This document shows, in pieces, positions 33,236-37,576 of a DNA stretch of 37,576 nt. Position 1 is the stretch's first letter. Each line of letters opens with the position of its first letter. This stretch comes from Candidatus Micrarchaeota archaeon (GTDB lineage Archaea; Micrarchaeota; Micrarchaeia; Micrarchaeales; CABMGC01), in assembly GCA_027314465.1 (NCBI GenBank), contig DAHVAU010000004.1, positions 1 through 37,576 of the forward strand, given 5' to 3'. Below the pieces are notes generated by a model that saw only the letters and a program-made list of their open reading frames with translations, did not search any database and was not told where the DNA came from. Both the position numbers and the translations under genes were made by a program.

Positions 33236-33598
33236 TTAGGCGCAGTTTGTGGTAGTGCTAAGTCCACCAGAGGTTGCTATGAGGCTTATGACTCCAGGGG
33301 CGATTATCACTATTATTAGGCCCACTATTCCTCCGACTATCATTCCAAGAGACCAGCCCTGTAGGTTGCCTCTGAGGTTTCCAGCCGCAGGCAGCATGTG
33401 CGCTATTGCGTACATTACGCCTCCTAGTATGAACAATACTAGTGAGATTATTCCCACTACTGTCCTTACAGTAGTTATTATATTACATAGCGAGCTGCTC
33501 ACTGCCGTTGAGGCAGCAGCTGCATTCACGAGCGAAACAACGCTCATTACGCTTACCATTGCCATTACGACAAGGTACAGTCTATTCAGCAATGCCAT
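33236..33598 (-). CDS. VirB2/TrbC/CedA1-like conjugative-type pilin candidate
   Basis: 120-aa ORF, first gene of the cluster.
- Long signal peptide MALLNRLYLVVMAMVSVMSVVSLVNAAAA, followed by S.
- Hydrophobic helix 1: LCNIITTVRTVVGIISLVLFILGGVMYAIAHML.
- Short basic loop: PAAGNLRGNLQG.
- Hydrophobic helix 2: WSLGMIVGGIVGLIIVIIAPGVISLIA.
- Short tail: TSGGLSTTTNCA. Confidence 0.7.
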   Translation of the reverse strand: MALLNRLYLVVMAMVSVMSVVSLVNAAAASTAVSSSLCNIITTVRTVVGIISLVLFILGGVMYAIAHMLPAAGNLRGNLQGWSLGMIVGGIVGLIIVIIAPGVISLIATSGGLSTTTNCA

Positions 33599-33630
33599 TC
33601 TATCAACTGCTTGATATGAGGATTGACTGA

Positions 33631-33640
33631 TTTATATAGG
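33631..33640 (-). promoter_or_regulatory. TATA/box-A candidate for the pilin-led operon
   Basis: The minus strand reads GAAACCTATATAAATCAG. The TATA lies 33-42 nt upstream of ATG 33598, in the divergent intergenic region shared with the AbrB-like gene. Confidence 0.45.
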
Positions 33641-33687
33641 TTTCCATGAAGTTCAGTGCCTTTTAAAGGTTTGTACTGTATATCTTA

Positions 33688-33729
33688 GGTACCAAATTAT
33701 GATAATCAATATAAACTTTGGGTACCAAA
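33688..33729. repeat. two direct copies of GGTACCAAA spaced 33 bp in the divergent control region
   Basis: GGTACCAAA occurs at 33688-33696 and 33721-33729. The core GGTACC is palindromic. The spacing is three helical turns. Both copies lie between the pilin operon promoter and the AbrB-like gene start at 33753. Confidence 0.5.
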
Positions 33730-33752
33730 CTTATCTATATAACAGTGGTTTC

Positions 33753-33968
33753 ATGATACTGCAAAGGCAGCTCGCGAGGAGATACAAAGGCAAGAAATAC
33801 CTGAAATGGACGGTTACAATACCGCCCAGGGGAATAGCCCAGCTGGGGTGGCAGCATGGAGAGGTGCTCAAGGCCACAGTGATTGGGGGCAGGGGCGGAA
33901 AACTGGTAGTTGAGGCTGTTTCTGGAAGGCTCAGGCCGCGCAGGGGCTATGTTGACATAATACCATGA
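33753..33968 (+). CDS. AbrB/SpoVT (swapped-hairpin) family small DNA-binding protein
   Basis: MILQRQLARRYKGKKYLKWTVTIPPRGIAQLGWQHGEVLKATVIGGRGGKLVVEAV fits the AbrB/MazE-type pattern: x-V-T-I-P, then L-G-hydrophobic, then G-D/E-x-hydrophobic, then a strand. An alternative upstream ATG at 33699 (the ORF-track start) has TTTTAAAG at 33661-33668 about 31-38 nt upstream. Confidence 0.6.
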   Translation: MILQRQLARRYKGKKYLKWTVTIPPRGIAQLGWQHGEVLKATVIGGRGGKLVVEAVSGRLRPRRGYVDIIP

Positions 33969-34075
33969 CCGCATTTGCCAAGGGTTTGAAGCAGCTTTGC
34001 TGGCAGCTTTCTGGCAAAAAGCCGCTATTATTATAAGCTTAAGGCTTGAACTATTGTATTGTGTTGTGGTTCTAA

Positions 34076-35248
34076 ATGGCTGAGCAGGAAATCAAGACAA
34101 GCATTGACGCCCTGATGGCGTACCTGAACGAACATGGAGAGTCAAACTCAACAGTAGTGTCTTCGGCGCTTGGAGTAAGCGAGAATGTAGTGCTTGGATG
34201 GGCAAACGTGCTCGAGAAGGCCAAGCTGATAAAGATACTCCACAAGTCCGGAAGAGTCTTCCTTGCGCCCCTTGGGGCCAAGACTGCGATAGCTGAAGGT
34301 GGCAGCAGGCAGGAGGAGAAGTCCAGCGCCGTGATGGAGATCGAATCTCAAGTAGAGATAGTAAAGCAGGTCTCCGCAAGGATAGAGGACCTGAACAAGT
34401 CCCTTGCAAGCGTAGACTCCGTATTTGACACGAAGTACAGGAACGCAAAGAAGATGCTTGACAAGCTCAACTCTGTTGAGGGCGCAGTTGACAAGGCAGA
34501 GAAGAAGATAGCAGGTCGCGGATCCAAGGTAAAGGACATATCTGACAAGGTCGAGAGCGGAATGGAGGGCATGCAGAAGTACATGGATCAGCTCGAATCG
34601 TTCTCTGTTGACACCAACAATGCAAGCGCCATATCGCAGGAGCTTCACGCGCTGCTCAAGACCTATGAGAAGAACGAGGCAGACATGTCAAAGAGTCTTG
34701 AGGCAGTCATATACCAGTACAGGAGGAATGCACTGGACATATCGCGCACAATACGCGAGAAGCACGACCAGCTCAGGCAGGTGCTTGAGTACGAGGACAG
34801 ACAGATCAGACAGTACGAGCACGTAGCCACTGACTATAAGAGGAGCACAGATGCGCTTATCAGGCATGCAGAGAGCATAGAAAAGGACGTGATGGACGAG
34901 GTCGAGAAGGGAAATGCAGATCTTGACAGGCTCGCGCAGGCGGCAACTGTGCAGGTTGCTGGAGTGAAGAGCATAGTTGACGAGATGAAGAAGGATCTGG
35001 GCGGCATCTCTGAGCTTAACGCGCAGCTGCAGGGCCTGAAGAAGGATCTTGCTGATGTTACGGCCATGAGGGATTCGCTGCTCTCCGAGCTCAAGGGCAT
35101 ACAGCAGGAGATCAAGGAGAGCAGGGAGGACTGGCTGAGTTCAGGGATAAAGAAGCGTGCTGCTGGGGCTGCGAGCGCAGCAACGGAGCTTAAGGGAAAG
35201 ATCGGGAAAGTGGAATCGGGGTTCAAGGAGTTGGGCGACAGGAAATGA
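34076..35248 (+). CDS. N-terminal winged-helix plus long coiled-coil protein
   Basis: 390-aa ORF with an ATG start. The N-terminus, IDALMAYLNEHGESNSTVVSSALGVSENVVLGWANVLEKAKLIKILHKSGRVFLAP, is wHTH-like. The remainder is a heptad-rich, charged coiled coil. The gene lies immediately upstream of the secretion ATPase. Confidence 0.7.
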   Translation: MAEQEIKTSIDALMAYLNEHGESNSTVVSSALGVSENVVLGWANVLEKAKLIKILHKSGRVFLAPLGAKTAIAEGGSRQEEKSSAVMEIESQVEIVKQVSARIEDLNKSLASVDSVFDTKYRNAKKMLDKLNSVEGAVDKAEKKIAGRGSKVKDISDKVESGMEGMQKYMDQLESFSVDTNNASAISQELHALLKTYEKNEADMSKSLEAVIYQYRRNALDISRTIREKHDQLRQVLEYEDRQIRQYEHVATDYKRSTDALIRHAESIEKDVMDEVEKGNADLDRLAQAATVQVAGVKSIVDEMKKDLGGISELNAQLQGLKKDLADVTAMRDSLLSELKGIQQEIKESREDWLSSGIKKRAAGAASAATELKGKIGKVESGFKELGDRK

Positions 35249-35312
35249 TTCGCTTTGGACTTAGGGCATATGTGGCTGTGCACCAGGCTGCGCGCGTGAG
35301 GATTGGTTCTTG

Positions 35313-36824
35313 ATGGCAGAGGATGTCGTTAGCGGCGTGTTGAAGGAGTACGCAATGTACAAGCTAAACGCCAACGGCATAGAGGCTACCATAAGGATAA
35401 TAGACATAGGCAAGTATGTTCCAGAATACAACGTGAGCGTGCCGGGTCTTGGAGAGGCTACAAGGATACTGCTCACCTCGCTAAGAACAGAATTGCTTAC
35501 CCTCGTTCCGATAGACACAAGCAGGATATCTGATTCCGAGTATGCCAAGGAGCTGAACAGGAAGTACACGAGCGCCGCCTCTGTTGTTATAGACAAGTAC
35601 CTCCCTGGCACGCCCAAGAGCACAAAGGAGGTGCTCATAGCCTACGTAATAAACATCATGCTCGGGCTTGGGGATCTCGAGGTGCTTCTGGCCGACGAGG
35701 ACCTTGAAGAAGTGGCGGTGAACTCGTCAAGGGATGGAGTGTGGGTGTTCCACAAGAAGTTCGGATGGTGCAAGTCCAATGTGAAGATGTACAGCGAGGA
35801 GGCGATATACGACCACGCGGAGCAGATAGGCAGGAGGGTCGGAAGGCAGATAACAACGCTCTCGCCGCTCATGGACGCAGAGCTTACAGATGGATCCAGA
35901 GTCAATGCCACGCTCTACCCAGTCTCCCAGGGAGGGAACACGATCACGATAAGAAAGTTCTCGAAGAACCCGTGGACCATGCCTGCGCTTGTAGCGTCAA
36001 ACTCTGTATCCGCAGAGGTGGCCTCCATACTATGGGTGTGCATACAGAACGAGATCAGCGTTGTGATCTCAGGTGGAACGGCAAGCGGAAAGACAAGCTT
36101 CCTGAACGCAATGAGTATATTCATGCCCACGAACCATCGCATCATATCCATTGAAGAGACCAGGGAACTGACGCTGCCTGAATTCCTGCAGTGGGTCCCG
36201 ATGCTAACAAGACAGCCGAACCCTGAAGGCAAGGGAGAGATCAACCTCTACAACCTCATGATAAATGCGCTAAGGCAGCGACCGGACATAATACTTGTAG
36301 GAGAGATCAGAACCAAATACGACGCCCAGACGCTCTTCGAGGCAATCCACACAGGTCACGCAGTGTACGGCACCATACACGCAGACAACGTGCAGGACAC
36401 CGTGGTGAGGATGACCAACCCGCCCATAGAACTGCCCAAGATAATGCTCAACTCGATGGGAGGGATAATATCGCTGTTCAGGCACAGGAGGCTTGGAATA
36501 AGGAGGACTCTTGAGTTTGGGGAGATGACAAACTCGGGAGATGCAAACGTGCTGTACAGGTGGAATCTGAGGAGCGACAACTTCCCGCAGATATCAAACA
36601 TGACAAGGCTTGCGGAGGTCATTTCGCTCTACGGAGGATACACGTACAACGAGCTCATGGAGGATATACACCAGAAGAGCAAGATACTCGACTGGATGGT
36701 GGCCAACAAGCTTACGGACGTTAACTCCGCAGGCAACTTAATAGCTAAGTATTATAAGGACAAGGATAAGGTAATAAAGTTCGTTGGGGATAATGTCAAG
36801 TACACCCCAGACCTGATCGACTAG
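35313..36824 (+). CDS. type II/IV secretion-system ATPase (FlaI/PilB/GspE/VirB11/TadA family)
   Basis: - Walker A: ISGGTASGKTSFLNA.
- Asp box: RIISIEETRELTL.
- Walker B: PDIILVGEIR.
- His box: TGHAVYGTIHA.
There is an N-terminal ~200-aa domain, as in archaeal FlaI-like ATPases. The ATG at 35313 follows the TTG at 35310. Confidence 0.9.
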   Translation: MAEDVVSGVLKEYAMYKLNANGIEATIRIIDIGKYVPEYNVSVPGLGEATRILLTSLRTELLTLVPIDTSRISDSEYAKELNRKYTSAASVVIDKYLPGTPKSTKEVLIAYVINIMLGLGDLEVLLADEDLEEVAVNSSRDGVWVFHKKFGWCKSNVKMYSEEAIYDHAEQIGRRVGRQITTLSPLMDAELTDGSRVNATLYPVSQGGNTITIRKFSKNPWTMPALVASNSVSAEVASILWVCIQNEISVVISGGTASGKTSFLNAMSIFMPTNHRIISIEETRELTLPEFLQWVPMLTRQPNPEGKGEINLYNLMINALRQRPDIILVGEIRTKYDAQTLFEAIHTGHAVYGTIHADNVQDTVVRMTNPPIELPKIMLNSMGGIISLFRHRRLGIRRTLEFGEMTNSGDANVLYRWNLRSDNFPQISNMTRLAEVISLYGGYTYNELMEDIHQKSKILDWMVANKLTDVNSAGNLIAKYYKDKDKVIKFVGDNVKYTPDLID

Positions 36825-36832
36825 ACAAAAGG

Positions 36833-37438
36833 ATGCCAATGTACTACAACGACTGCGTGCAATACATAAGTTCCGTAGAGGCCTACGACTCGCAGGACAG
36901 GAGCGCCACTGCAGACGTGTATGACTTCGGGGAGCAGGTGCAGATACAGGAGATTGACAGGGCCAAGGCAGCGTCGTTGATCGAGAGCATAGAGGGACTG
37001 GAAGGAGGTACTGCGCAGGGCGCATCCCAGGCGCCCGAAGAGCAGGCTTTGGGACCAAAGCAGAAGGTGCCTCCGCAGAGGGTCACGGGCAGGGCAGGGG
37101 AGCAGGCAGGCAAGGCAGTCCACGCTGCAGGGGACCTATCAAAGCTGATGGCAAATACCGGAGCAGGCGCGGGAAGGGCAGTAAGCGAGCTTTACGCCGT
37201 GGCGGGAAGGGCAGGCGAGAAGATCTCAAAGCGCGTTGGCAGCAAGGGCAGGAAGGAGAAACTGGTTGCTACAGAGCTGTCGCTGCAGGACCAGATTAAC
37301 GAACTGGAGAAGATAGGCCTTGGGCTAGACGGCAACGCATACGGCCCGGAGCAGATATCGATAATCAAGACAGAGATCTTAGGGCTGCTGAAAAACAGGG
37401 GCAAGCCGCCAGCAAACGAGTTCCAGAAGGGGCTTTAA
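36833..37438 (+). CDS. low-complexity Ala/Gly/Glu-rich protein, unknown function
   Basis: 201-aa ORF starting 9 nt after the ATPase stop. It has an internal GRAGE repeat (TGRAGEQAGKAV / AGRAGEKISKRV). There is no TM segment and I recognise no motif. Confidence 0.5.
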   Translation: MPMYYNDCVQYISSVEAYDSQDRSATADVYDFGEQVQIQEIDRAKAASLIESIEGLEGGTAQGASQAPEEQALGPKQKVPPQRVTGRAGEQAGKAVHAAGDLSKLMANTGAGAGRAVSELYAVAGRAGEKISKRVGSKGRKEKLVATELSLQDQINELEKIGLGLDGNAYGPEQISIIKTEILGLLKNRGKPPANEFQKGL

Positions 37439-37488
37439 AAGCTAAGAGACGAGAGGCTCGATGAAGTGGCCTCCAAACTGGGATTGTG

Positions 37489-37576
37489 ATGCTTGGTAAA
37501 AAGAAGTTGGTGAACAGACAGATAGTGGGATTCACTAAGCCCAGGAAGATACTGTTCTTCAGGATAAAACCAAAGC
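37489..37576 (+). CDS. 5' end of a CDS running off the window (MLGKKKLVNRQIVGFTKPRKILFFRIKPK...)
   Basis: The ATG at 37489 stays open to the window end. Its position after a FlaI/PilB-like ATPase would suit a FlaJ/PilC/TadC-type platform protein, but only 29 basic residues are visible. Confidence 0.3.
   Translation, partial: MLGKKKLVNRQIVGFTKPRKILFFRIKPK

Noticed and set aside
13099-33598. Interpreting the array as an integrated conjugative element, plasmid or provirus.
   Set aside because: The window shows no integrase, relaxase, replication initiator, partition, capsid or portal gene, and no flanking direct repeats. The only tRNA gene (313-385) is about 12.7 kb away, with housekeeping genes in between. 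A chromosomal Ced/Ted-like system is the more economical reading, but flanks beyond the window were not seen.

Overview
Archaeal chromosomal window. The markers are ribosomal proteins L40e and S6e, aIF2-gamma, topoisomerase VI subunit B, Cdc48/VCP, box-A/TATA-like promoters 25-40 nt upstream of starts, and AGG/AGA/ATA-rich codon usage. The lineage cannot be fixed from sequence alone.

Positions 1-13075 are mostly housekeeping genes. They include tRNA-Pro(UGG), rpl40e, cdc48, rps6e, a Nudix hydrolase, eif2g, a DHH phosphoesterase, a KH protein, top6B and a few unknowns.

Positions 13099-33598 are the notable part. This is a roughly 20.5-kb array of 17 genes, all on the minus strand, tightly packed and often overlapping. 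I interpret it as an archaeal conjugation/type-IV-secretion-like (Ced/Ted-like) envelope machine of unusual composition. Its components are:
- a VirB2/TrbC-like two-helix pilin candidate;
- a GT-C-like membrane glycosyltransferase candidate;
- six tandem paralogous polytopic membrane proteins sharing an R-x-x-P-x-x-R-x-x-GG signature;
- an 811-aa membrane protein with an extremely basic region and LRV-type repeats;
- two paralogous membrane-anchored proteins directly upstream of a short VirB4/HerA/DUF87-type ATPase;
- small accessory proteins;
- an 815-aa sequon-dense surface glycoprotein.

No relaxase, VirD4-type coupling protein, integrase or capsid gene is visible. An AbrB/SpoVT-like regulator is transcribed divergently from this array. 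It is followed by a FlaI/PilB/VirB11-family secretion ATPase locus (34076 to the window end).

All functional family calls rest on motifs read by eye. No database search was run.
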